Position numbers and translations under genes: made by a program | NCBI GenBank assembly: GCA_030141605.1 | Contig: JAQGDQ010000278.1 | Location: 240,208-304,207, forward strand | Reading direction: 5' to 3' | DNA from: Tubiluchus corallicola | Lineage: Eukaryota; Animalia; Priapulida | DNA: 64,000 bases | The notes under the pieces: model-generated | What the model saw: only the letters and a program-made list of their open reading frames with translations | The model's database searches: none | What the model was told of the DNA's origin: nothing | In this document: positions 12,201 to 25,300 of the stretch, piece after piece | Layout: every line of letters starts with the position of its first letter | How positions within the stretch are numbered: position 1 is the stretch's first letter

Positions 12201-13434
12201 TCGTGTGTAGCTTATAGCTACAATGTGTAGTTCATTCTAACATTCTTAACATTGCCCATCAGCCAAAGTCAAAAGCAGTGCCTCATTCATCTCTAACATG
12301 CCCTAATTGATTAATTAATGTAATAAGGACACACAATTGCTACTTACTCGAGCTTTGGGTAGAGAGTGGCGATAGATTTTGGTGGGTCCCTGTTCACAAC
12401 CCAGATGTGCAGAAGTAGAAGTAAACACTAGTATAACAAAAAAAATATGTGGTTAAAAAGTACATGTGAATTAATCATAATTAATAGACTAAATAATTCT
12501 ATTCTACATTTATTATAAGGCCAACAATAAAAATATTTCTGTTTCAGTCTAATTGCATCATGTATTATTGAAAATAGTTTTATTATAATAAACAAAAATA
12601 ATCTTCGGCTTAAAATGAGGCCTAAACATTTTTAAAATTTTGCCTGCAAAATTTTATACATGTGTACATCTTATATAATCGCACAAAAGTGCAGTAGCTC
12701 GCATATGAACTGCACTGTTTAGCACATATATGTAGTAAACTTGTTTTAGCGACTGTGATAAGTACGATTTATTCAGAATATTAAATATTAATGAGGACCA
12801 AATAATTCTAATTTGGAAATAAATTCAAATTAAAGTAAGTAAATGGTTTTGCTGAAAACAAAATTGTTTTTTTTAATTTCTAAAAATTCTTGAGCATTCA
12901 AAAATGATAGTTTGTCATATTATTACTATTTTTACTATTACTAAGTCCAGAATTACTATTTTAATTCAGATGACAACATTGAGTAATTTGCAACTTTCTT
13001 TGTCCATTTAAAGATAAAAATAAAGTACCAAAGTAAAATGAGCATGCAGAACACAAGTACTTATTGCACAACTGTTCATTTATAACTGTGCTGTATAGGT
13101 TGCTGTAAACTCTTCTGGTACTATTGATACATAAAACAAGAACTACACACTGGCCAGTACCCTGCCAAGCTGCTCATGGGTATATCAAAATTTGAGCTCT
13201 GTTAAACTCTTCATATGCTTGCGTAGGTATCAGCAGTTCAGCATTGAAAGCTGCATTCAGTTTCATGAAGAAATGGTGGAGAAGCAGCACTTTTAAATTT
13301 TCGGAGATTATCTCATTCGGGAAAGTTGAGAAAAACTTTGTTACTGCGTCAGTAGTATCCCAGTGTATGTGGCCTACAAGTTTAATCCTGGTCTTTGCAA
13401 CTGCACAACATTCAGTGTAATATACAAAAATGTG

Positions 13435-13780
13435 GCAAATTTTAAAATAAAAACTGAAATTTTAAATTTACTGCTGTGTTCACGCATGAGCTCTTGAATG
13501 TGCACATTACTTACAAACGAACAGTTCTGAACTGAGAGATACAGGATCTGTTTCACATGCAACGCATTTCTGAAATGCAGGTGCTACTACCCATCTAACT
13601 AACGAATGGTGAAATGCATGTAACAGGAAAGAACTAGCTGTGCGAACATGAAATTACTTTTGTGTGGTAATAATTCTTTCATGTAAAACACTCTTTAAAA
13701 AATAGTATGTTCCCTTTCAAAATTTTAAAGACTAGATTGTTTTGACCTACAGTTTAGGATTTGGTCCAGTTTTCTTTTAA
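13435..13780 (+). mobile_element. TTAA-flanked non-autonomous DNA element, copy B
   Basis: Shares ctgaactgagag, gcatttc(t/c)gaaatgcagg and ggtccagttttcttttaa with copy C; reverse of copy A. Confidence 0.55.
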
Positions 13781-16545
13781 TACTTTTTGTGAAGTGTGTA
13801 CTCTGTACACTGCGCAAGAAGAACAAGAACAACAACAATGCAAGTAACTACTTAGCATGTTACCGGCCTATGTCCTGGCAAAAAAATCTGCAGAAGTCTG
13901 TGCCTTTTGTATACCAATCATATATTTACTATGCTTGATTTGTGACAGGTTAAGCACCTTGCAGACCCATCGGTTGAGGAATAGTAAGCTTAATTACCCT
14001 CCTAATTAATCAACTAGCCTTTGTCCCCACTCATTCTATTGTCTTTGTCCCCACATATTTTAGTGCTTAACTACGATGCATCACAACAAGCATTGTTGGT
14101 GTGACTATTTTATGTGGGAGGCATTTTTAAATGAAATTCAAAATGGAAAATTGCTACCATGAAACAGAAAAAGTATATAATCAGGCTTGGCTAAAGTTGA
14201 TAACATTTGACATTTATACGACAAACAACAAGCATGAAAAAGAATTGCATGATAATTGCAGTTGTTGGTATTACAAACGTTTAAACATAAGTGTACCATT
14301 GAGCTTTTTTGCAGAGCCACCGCTGGGCTGCTGCATTTGATCTAATTTTGTTTTTTGTGCAGTAATGACCATTTTAGACAAGCATGACAATAGTGAATTG
14401 CGAGGCCTATTAAGTTACACATGGTGTATAATAACACGTGTGTACAATCGCATTTTAATTTAATAAATACTGAAGAAAATTGATGACACTCCCCTGACAT
14501 GTTTAATCAGTTGTGCACTCACTTCAAAACACAAAAGATAAAGGATGCAGATCTGGCATAAAAAGAGTATAGCGAATCTAGACTTTAGTGACTCAAGGCC
14601 TCCTAGAAGTAGAGTTACAATGTATTACAATGCAATGCAATGTCGTGCAGGGCAATGCACATGCGATTTACAATACAATGTAGTAGAATACAATATGATA
14701 AATAACATTGCTAAAATGTAATAGAATAATATGGAGATGTATACCGATCAATCATTTTTAAACAACTTTTCATAGCCTTAATGTGCACATGAGGTGAAGT
14801 TTTCAGCAGTCATCTTTGCTAATTTGAGCAGCAAACCTCTCTGTAGAAACATTTAGGTTAATTTTTAGCATGTGGCTTTATTTACAGCCGCATCTCGTGA
14901 AGCTAGTTATAAGGAGTGAAGCTACTTATGGTTTTTCCAGTGCAGTCTTAGTCTTCTCAAAAATTGCCCATGTAGTGCAAAGAGTCACACCTTATAAATG
15001 TTAAGACATTGAGCTTTGATAAATATCCTCGTAAAAATTGCCTTGATTTCAGGAACACTAAAATTTGTAGGCTTTTTACATTGCACTATTGTGTATAATG
15101 AGCGAGTTAACTTTTCTTATTTTATTTTTTGTAGGTGTGATCGAAAGCAGTTCTAGTCAAGTATTCCATGGCAGAACCATTGCAACTGGATCCTAATAGA
15201 TGATGACATAGCACTCAGCTGATTATGTCGTTGTTTCCATTCTGCACCAGCATTCAGTTTGATTTTGCAACCAAACTTTTAATCAACTGCCATTTACTTT
15301 GATAGGCATAATTTGGTCTTACTGTCTTCTTAATAGCTGTATTTATTATGGCAAGTGATCAGTTTAAAATTTTTTAATACTTATGTGGTGTATTTATTGA
15401 TAATTGTATGTAATTAAGCTACTCATTCCTATGTATATCTAACAGTACTGAGTTGTCGCCCATCATTACATGTTGTTCTGTCTAAACTGGCATTTACCTA
15501 ACTTCGGAAATACGTATGCGTTATCCACCTGCGGAATAAAAAAATCAATAGGAAATAGCTGCAGAAAAAATAACGCATAACACAGCTTTGATAAATGAGT
15601 GCATTGGAAACAATATAAGCCGATTTTATCTTTATCGCACCCACATAACACATACACATTCCCGATGCTAGGTATATGTCACTTAATGCTACAGATAATG
15701 TTCAGTGAATATACCGTGCAGAATTGATGGCATTTCTTTTATAAAAGCCTTATCAGTGACATGGTTTATGATTGTGCTAGCTCTGAAGTTAGCTAGTTAT
15801 CAAATATAACAATTGTAACATTTAAAATTTAACAATTATATTTAATGTTTCAAAAATAAAGCATATTTGCTGGATTAATTATTGGAGTGTATGGAAAAGT
15901 GAACTCATCTGCCCAGCTGCACCAATAATTTCCAAAATTGATTTCTGTTAGTAGGCAAACACCGGCAGTCTGAGAAAACTCTGCTAACATTTATGGATTA
16001 TTGCATCAGCTTTTGTTATGTTACATTCAAACAGAGCAGTAATCCAAGCTCGGCACTGATTTAATTAATATGCTTCCAAGTTAATTCTGGTTAGGTGCAT
16101 GTTACAAATATTTGCACGGAGTAATATTCCTTATTATGTACTGTAAGTTTTTTATATGTAGAATATTAACATATGTAAAATATTAACGCACGTGAGTTAA
16201 TTACTGTCCATAATAATGAAATTATTTTGTTGCTAGAAGATAATAAGATGACTTCGGAATTAAATCATTGTTTTCTGTTAGCTATTTTGTCAAACATAGA
16301 AAAAGCATTTTCATTCTTGAAACGATAAATAGGAAGACAAAAACCATTTCCGTCTTCAGACTGAGTTGGTAAAGTGTTTGTACTGTATGTACATTGGCAC
16401 CGGTCAACCTTATATTTGTGTGTAAAATATTCATTGAAATATTTTGTATTATATATTCATAAAATATTCGTTCTGGAAACTGATTATCAGTGGTTGAAAC
16501 AACTATGACATTGTGTACTCATATAAAGTGTCACGTTACTCTAAT

Positions 16546-16647
16546 GGTGCGTTCAGACTAGCACATTTTTTTGCATGAGCTAATCGTAGCAAGTTTTGAA
16601 CGGCTCGGAGTTTACTTGGTGAGAAAACTCGCTAGTCTGTAAGCACT
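16546..16647. mobile_element. ~100-bp PIF/Harbinger-like mini-MITE
   Basis: TIRs ggtgcgttcagactagc / gctagtctgtaagcact. Confidence 0.5.
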
Positions 16648-19600
16648 GAGTTTCAGCTTGTGCTATGCAAGTTACATTTAGTGAAAATTGAATGATGTAT
16701 CATGATGTATGTGCGTGTGTGGAGCTAACTGTATTATAGCAATCCTTAAACTTGGCTTTTATTATACATATTGAATGAAATAGTTAAAATAAACTGCAAA
16801 TACTAAAACAAATTCTGTATTCATGTAAATGCATCTGATACAACAACATACAGTACATACAGTTACACTTTACAAACCTGCAAACTTTTGACTATCAAGT
16901 ACGCAAATCTTTGGACTTACAAAGGCAAAAAAAGATATCAGTTTTATAACGATACAAATAAAATTTGCACAAATGTTAAGTACTTAAATATGACAAAAAT
17001 AAAAATTTAATACCAGTGACATCTATGGTAAACACAAGAAAAAACCAAATAGCAGACTAAAACTGTTAATATTGTCCACTCTCTCATTACGTCACAGACT
17101 TTTGGCGCAGTGAGAATGCTTTTCATGATTTCATACAAAATAGCGGCAACTAACAACAGATGACAAAATATTTCTTCTGCAAGCCACATCGAAAATCTAT
17201 TCTACAACAGTGTGGTACACACCCTTCTGCTATGAAAAAAAAACAAACAAAAACACAGAAAATTTTAACGTATTAACACACTGCTGAAGCAAATGTGGAT
17301 ACTGCACGCAATCAGTATTAAATGTGCAGGCCTCGAGGTTCTCCTACAATCGTGACGTACATGGATGGAGTTAATTTGAAAAGGCTAGTAACAAATTTAT
17401 ATCTCATGAACAGGGCTGGATTATCACCTGTTAGGGCCCTTAGGCTAATGAAATTGTGGTCCCTCAGGTGTAGCTACCTTGTAACTCGCCCACATCCATC
17501 TTGAATATTTTTTGTGATATAAATTTTAGCAACATTTAATTGAATTAAACTTATTGCAAATTATTTAAATAAACTAGAATAGCTGTCTACAAAATTTCGT
17601 GTGTTTAAGGGCACCAAGAACTGCGCACTAAAATACTGAATGTTTATTAAAATTTCCCTTGCTTTTGTACCATGTAGCAAAAGGATATGTGTGCACGCTG
17701 TATAACAGCAATTGAAAAACAAAATCACGAAACGCTGATTCAGACAAATTTTAGTTACTACACAATTTCAGGTTGAGTAACAAAAGTGCAAACTCAAACC
17801 AGCAATTCACAAAAAGCATGAATCATTTCACTAATAAAGTTTTGTTTACATTAGCTTGCTATAGGTCACAATCATAGCATCTTTCTTAAAAAAATATTGA
17901 TTATGAATTAAAATACGAATAAATGAATATCTTTCACACAAGAACTGATCATGAGTTTAAACAAATAAAAGAAAACAATGTAATCATATTTATGTATATG
18001 TTTAGTTCGTATTACTTAAAATTCTAAAACTTCTGTAAAACAGAATCCTGGGGTGGTTAAAGTATACTGGCATTGAATTTAAGAAATGATAATCATTCCC
18101 TTTTTTGAGGTTTATAACTAAGAGTTATTATGCAGACTTTTTGACTATTCTTTTGTAAGTCTTACCAAGCTACGTCTAGCAACGATTCTTGGTAGAAAAG
18201 AAAAGCTTAAGCTTCACACAATTAAAATTGTTAATTTGCAACTTGGAAATGCAAACCTGCTACATAATAATAATAACAATATCAATATCTGGCAGTTCTA
18301 TACTGTGAATTTGCAAAGGCTGTGCAAAATCAATGAACGAAGTAGGTAGAAGAACAGGTAGAAAATTAACATACCAAAGATATAGGTTAATGTTTCACAA
18401 AGGTGCCATCTTTTGTATAACTTAGTTGCAGTAATATAATTATCATCAATAAAACTGTAAGTGACTGCAATCAGATTACTGCTAAACACCTGTGATGTAA
18501 ATTGCAACTGTGCAATCGAACAATCAAGTGTTAATTCTATGAAAAAGTATAATTCACAATCATCTGAATATAGCATAATCAAAGCTAATAGTTTTCACAA
18601 CTCAATTCTTGCAAATCATTCACTGTTCAGATGTGTTTGCACAAAAAGTAAATATTTTGAAGCATAAAATATTTTAATTTTCAGCAAAATACACTAACTC
18701 AGAAAGAGAAAAGTTTAACCATAAGTAAAACGGTCTTATAAAACCCATTAAGTTGTTATAATGATAAATCTATGTAAATAAAAAGGTAAACAATGATTTA
18801 CATTTGAAAGTCAGCAAAATTTCCATACACTTAGGATTTGAGAAAAAACTTTAGAAGAGCACTTTAATCTTATATTTGATAATGACTATTTCTATGCTTC
18901 CAAAATCCTTGACATCTAAATCTAAGATTTATTCACAATTGTCCTGGTGTTTTTAATCAAATTGTCAAAAAGGTTGCTTAAATTTGCTTAAACAAATCAC
19001 TAACACTTTATAAAAACAGCTCTTTAATTAATGATGAAATAAATCCACGATAACAGGAAATGCGAAATGTGGGACTGAGATGAATTTGAATCCATTAGAT
19101 TTAAACCATTCCTATCTCTAATTTAATCTTAGTCATTTCAGAATTACTCTAGCAATGTCAATATCCTAACACTTGGAAAAGCCGAAATGTTTCATTTGGT
19201 TGGTGAGGTACTGAGCCATGGAGCAAACATTTGGACAATTCCAAACTCTTCCGTATTTCCTTCCCATTGACAGAAGTTTGGTTTCAAAAATTCAACTACT
19301 GTGGGTTCTTCTATCATATAATTTTTTGTTTTGCATGGTTTTGTTGTTAACTACAGTGAAATAAACTAATCTTCTAAAGCTACACACCCTTCAATAAGTA
19401 GAACTTTACTTTATTTCTAACACTTTTATTGTACAGTGTGCGAGTTATTTGGCAAAAGAAATTATCATTCCATGTGCAGTTTGCTCCAATGACTGTCTTT
19501 AGTAATTTATTATAAAATGCCATAAAGCACTTAGCCAATCTGTGAAATATTAATACCAGCAGTACTAGTGTATAATCCCACGTATTATTTGTAACATGAA

Positions 19601-21778
19601 AACTGTAAATTATTAGAATGACAATGGCACAAAATGGTCATGCTAAAATTAATCATTCTTAGATTTAACAAGTGTCGCCTTAACTGACAACCTGCAAAAA
19701 AGTTTTGATTGTGTGAAAGAGAATCACGAAAACTTAACTAAATAGAGGCCTACTTATACACTATGCTAGAACGATATTCTTGCACAACACTAATGATACG
19801 TCTTTTATTACCGGGCATAGAACTGTTAAATTACAAGAACTTGCAAAACATAATTCTAATTACAAATTAATAATTATAAATTACGAAAATGCTATTCAAA
19901 TGGGGTAAACTCAAAAAAGTTGTTTTACAACAAATGCGTTAGGTGCACTAACAAATCCACTTTCTGCCTATTTTTGCGACGAACATGTGACCTGATAAAT
20001 AAATTATATCTTTATCCAACATTTATACATTTAGTCAACTTACTGCATATACAATGCACAAACAGCTATGTCCAACAAGGTTTCTATCAATGCAATACAT
20101 GTTCAACCCAAAATGGGTTCATCTCCACAGAGAACTTGAACAAGGTTTCTAAGGCACAATAAATTGATTACAAATAATCATTATTAATACATGTATGCAC
20201 ACAAACATTGCTACTCTAAAGGGTTCACACATCAACTTTATCATATTTACATCTGAAAATAACTTTTGTTTATGTTAACTAATATGGAAGATAACGTGGT
20301 GCAAAGAAAACGACACGTAACAACAAAATTTCGATTAAATTGAATATATTAGCATCACTGTCTCTTAGACCTAAAAGTACAGCAGAGCTCTCCTGGTTTT
20401 TTTTATTGTTCAGTTTATTTATTTTTTGTCGTTGAACATTACTGGTTAATTCAAAAGCTCCTTATATGAATCTGAAAGGTGTTGTACGAATCAGCAGATG
20501 ATAATGAGGGTTAAAGAGAAGTTTCCAAATTTGAACTGACATTGAACTGGGCCACTTATCAACGCAACTTTTCATGCCCGTTTTGTCCCGAATTCAGACA
20601 AGCTACCAAGCCTAAAATTAACTTGTAAGCTACCTGCAGGATTAAAATTGAAAAGTTTTTAAATTCTGAAAAGCTAAATGCTTCAAAATTGTTTTTTTAA
20701 ATTATATAGTAATACCTCATAGTAATAAGTGATATGTTCAAGATTTTCCTACTAATGATAAAATGACATGTATACCCACTACGCAATACAGTATGTTATA
20801 CAGTAATAATGAATACTGTGCCAAAAACAAGTGAGTCATGTTTCAGCAAGATAGTAAAAACTAAGTACATTCTAATTAGCTGCTGACATTATGAGTTTAA
20901 ATGTAAATTATATACGAAGTTTGGGTTGAGTGGTGCAAAAACCAGTTTCTCTTTTCTCTTGTCACTAAACATTGAATGCATAATTTTCAAACATAATGAT
21001 ATTGCCAAGGTGACAATGTCCAAGATTGCTTACTAGAAACACTAAAAAGTATTACACACTTATTAACAAACCAATGCCAATAAATGTAATGCAATCCACA
21101 GACCGAATGAAGCAAAATTACCCTTGACAATTGTAACACAGGCTAAGACGCAACCAAATCCACACCAGTATTAATGATACAACATCTTTGAAATAGGAAG
21201 CATTTAGAGGTGGGAGACAGATTTATTTACAAATCAAATAGTATTAGCAGCTTAGACATACACCAAGGCATCCCATACAAACAGTTCTAATGCCGTGGTA
21301 TCATGTCTAACACTATGGCTTCCAAACATAAACCCTGGCATAGAAATCAATAATTCCTATAAGTGGTAGTCATAAAACATTAAATGCGTGCCGTGGTGCC
21401 GAACCATGCTGCATCCCAGTCTAGGAGACATGACATTTGAGGAATTCAGTTATGTCTGTTTTACTGCCTAATTGGTAAATGCTTTCAACGAATATTATGA
21501 AGTTATTAAAATGAATTTTTGCCTATCAGACAAAACAGAACATTAGACTTTACTCTTTTCAGTCTTGTACAAAACCCAATTTGATATAATACTGCTTTAG
21601 TGTTGCACCTAATCATTTAGATTAGTCTATTAAACTTGTCATAATTAATACTGCAACCCAGAGTTGTTGATAAGGTCATAGTTTTACGTCCATTATTTCA
21701 TAAGGTCATACAGCACTAGTACCCTTATCAGTAGATATCTAAACAAAATGCAAAGAAGTCGGACATTTTGGGAAGCTG

Positions 21779-22348
21779 CTACTGTAACATCAGCGATTTT
21801 AAATTATCTTGTAATATGGTGTCTTTCACAGCTTGAAAAACAAATTTGATATTTTCTGTATCAACTGCTGTAGTGAAGTAATGAAAGAGAGGCTTGTTTC
21901 TCTCCCTCCTTGCTGAATCAAACATATTTCTGATATATACTTGTACGTCCCGTAGATTATGAGGATCGCCCTCAAAGTCATCAAAGTAGTCTCTGATGCA
22001 GACCCGTTGTACTTTTTCCTCTAGCAAGTCTTGTTTGTTAAGAAATAAGATTACTGACACATTAGCAAAGCACTTGTTATTTACAATTGTTTCAAAAATG
22101 TTTTTCGACTCTACGAGTCGATTCGTGACTCTGTCTTCAAGCAGCACTTGATCAAATTCACTCGAGGCTACTAAAAACAGAATTGAAGTCACTGACTCAA
22201 AGCACTGAAACCATTTCTGTCGTTGCGACCTCTGGCCACCTACGTCAACGAATCGGAACGGAATGCCTTTGATGTTGATCACATATTCCGTCACACCTTT
22301 CGTTGCCTTCCTTGCGTGCAGTATGTCTAATTTTGTAGGCATATAACT
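21779..22348 (-). CDS. GNA13: G-alpha12/13 coding exon 3
   Basis: ttttgctttcag|[18 protein letters not shown]...LKSLMLQ*. Confidence 0.95.
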   Translation of the reverse strand, partial: SYMPTKLDILHARKATKGVTEYVINIKGIPFRFVDVGGQRSQRQKWFQCFESVTSILFLVASSEFDQVLLEDRVTNRLVESKNIFETIVNNKCFANVSVILFLNKQDLLEEKVQRVCIRDYFDDFEGDPHNLRDVQVYIRNMFDSARRERNKPLFHYFTTAVDTENIKFVFQAVKDTILQDNLKSLMLQ

Positions 22349-25300
22349 CTGAAAGCAAAAGTATTTATGAATAATAAGTGATTTAATGCAAAAAAGGACA
22401 GTTTCTGAAAACTAAGCAAACACAGTGCACAATAAATTAATAATAAAAGTTTCACTATGTCCCACAAGACTAAATGTAAAACAACCTTGCAAATTACCTT
22501 TATAAGAAGTTAAAAATTAAGCTACTAAATTTTCAAGCTACCAAGTTATACCAATGTAGAAATGACAGGTATGAAGAAAAAACAAACTAGTACAATCAAT
22601 TTTAGTTGCCACTCACTTTGGCAGACAGTACATACAAAGCAGCAAAATTATGCTCATCTAGTTTTTTAAGCGCAAGCAAACAATTTATTAATGACTTGAA
22701 AGGCAGACAAATGACAGACATGCTCACTGCGCAGCGTTTACTATGTAAAGCTTATTACTTATGATGATTACTTAACATCAATTCAATACAAATATTATAC
22801 TATAGTAGGCAAAGCCGGCAGATGAGAGAATCCTACTCACACCTACATGTGTAGGTGCTTTCTGTTTTGAATTTTCCACTTGGTAATATTATACATGGCT
22901 ACTATCCAGCAGGCTTCAATACATTTCAGAGGCTAGACAGCTATTTTTATGCCAAAGGAAAGTCAATGATTAGGTGAAAAACTGCATACCGAGAGTGAAG
23001 CACCTCTAACAGAAAAGATGAAAGAACCTCTAATAGAAACAACAGTTGATGTAATTTCTATCCGGATGCGACATAACTACACTTTAGAAACCCAAAAATT
23101 AATCAACCAGATTCATCCGTGGGTTCACTCATCGTACGCTATTACCGCTTACAATCAACAGCAATACCGCTTAGCTGCAGACCTTGATTCTGGCTTCTTA
23201 TAATGAAACAGACTTATTAAGGGAAGTTATGCCATGAAGTAAAAGTCAAAACATTACATTAGGTAATACCTGTGATGTACCAGGTGAAGCTATCTAGCTT
23301 TTTGCCCATAGTTTTCTCTATCTTAACACTAACTAGTTGCATGTCCAAACAAAAAAGTTATCTCTAGCTTGTTCTCTAGCCGTCTGGTGGTGGTAATCTG
23401 GTGATAACGATTATTAAAAATGTGGGCATGAAATAAATAGCGTTTATGTTAAAAGTTTGGGACAATAAACACACACTGCACATAGTAAAAAATCTTTTGC
23501 GACCTCTGCAGTCACGGAAAAACAATATGCTACCCTTATTTTACCAGTTCATGCTGGTCAACTGAAACAGAACACGAGGAAACTTCCTGCTTTCCTACCG
23601 AGAGGGTAAAGTCACAACAGCGAGGATACGGAATTAATTTCACTTGTACAGGTAGCATTCAAAATTAGAGCCAAGCACATACAGCAAGAGACCAACCATC
23701 AAGTAGCAAAATGTGACAAAATGAATGACAGAAAGCATGAACTAAACAAGAATGAACTTAGTGAAGTAAACACGACCTGACCATATCTTTTCTCTAAAAG
23801 CTGAGAGACCTAGTTTGTTTGCTAGGTAAAGAGTTGAAAATTAAGACTGCTATGATTTTAAAGCATACATGGCAACGTAAAACACAGATTATACTCACCG
23901 AAGTAATAATTTTATTATGGAACACACTTACATATGCAACAGCAAAGACAGTAAAAAAGTAAAATAGCTGCTAACGGCAAAGCTCAGCAGTCAGTACTAC
24001 TGTGACCTACAGAGCAGCATTAGCAAATTCATAACAAAAATCACAGTGAAAAACTATAAGCACGTGCTACATCAATTAAAAATCTATAATTGGCACGACA
24101 TCTACTACTTACGGGTTTTCCTATTCTATCGATTTCATCTAGGAAATACTTGATCGAATCCCCCTGCAATAAGAAGAAATTAGTAAATAAAAATAGTCTG
24201 CTTTTAAAAGTGTTCTCTTGGCAGATGATGTTTACATACTATTGATTATTTTAAGCAGGCTGAGGACCATATAATACAGCACGCACGGTACAGTCTTATC
24301 TTTCTGCTGTAAAATTTAACTCTCAAAGCTGGCTAGGAGGATGGCAGTAAACTAGCAAGCTGAAAATACCGGCCGTGTCATATTCCTGGGTCATTAAGTT
24401 TTCTATGCGACACGGAAGGCGGGGCCTTGATAGAAATGAACACAGTTTCAACTCCCCCAATCAGACGTGTGGACCATAAACGGTCTCATCAGTGCACACC
24501 AATGAGTCAATTGCTTAGCATCTCATGTTAGCATAACCACTGTCATCTAGGTAACGTTCGGTTCGGTAATAATTACTAGTTCTGGATTTACAGGGATTTA
24601 TATAACTACACAGCTTAGTTTAAACATAGTTGATATGGTTCAGATTAAACAGCTACATGTATCCTCACCTTACAAGAGAATGTAGAATCAAAAGTGCAGA
24701 AAAAATAAAGTAATATAAATACAGACAAACACAAAATAGATATACATACATATAAATTAAAGACACAATGAATAATAACAATAATGTCTTAAAATTTACT
24801 GTAAAATACATAAACTGATCTTAAAGTCTGATCACATTAAAACGTTTAGTACTCCTCATGTAATTTTCAATGCAATCAACACAAATATACAACAGTTCAC
24901 TACTACTACTACTGTATATTGTAAAAGCAAAAATATGTTATTTAATTGACTGAACATAGCATCTCTGGCTTTATAATAATAAGGGCATTTTAGGAAAAAT
25001 GTTCTGAATTTTCAAGATAATAACTACAATCACTATTTGGAGAGTCGAGTACACCATCAGAACTTTGCTGACTAACTGACATCATTTAACTGACTAAAAC
25101 CGATACGCATGCGCGAACCGATCCACGGTTAAAGTGTCATCCACCTTAAATGAAATTTATAATGATTATAATCATTATTATTATTTACGAGCAGAGTCAG
25201 GTCTCCTGTCATGTAAACTTCAGTAATGTTTTCAATTCCCGTTTGAATACACTTAGAGATGACGCTTCACGTAACCACTGCGGGACAGTTCATACAATAG

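Noticed and set aside
15195-15240. Hairpin with ATGA in the putative EMRE 3' UTR as a SECIS or IRE
   Set aside because: No apical AA motif or GA quartet spacing, no CAGUGN loop, and EMRE has no in-frame TGA.
21725-21781. Stop-codon readthrough of G-alpha (TAG CAG CTT)
   Set aside because: It does not match the full CARYYA context, the extension would be short, and the conserved LMLQ C-terminus must stay free for receptor coupling.
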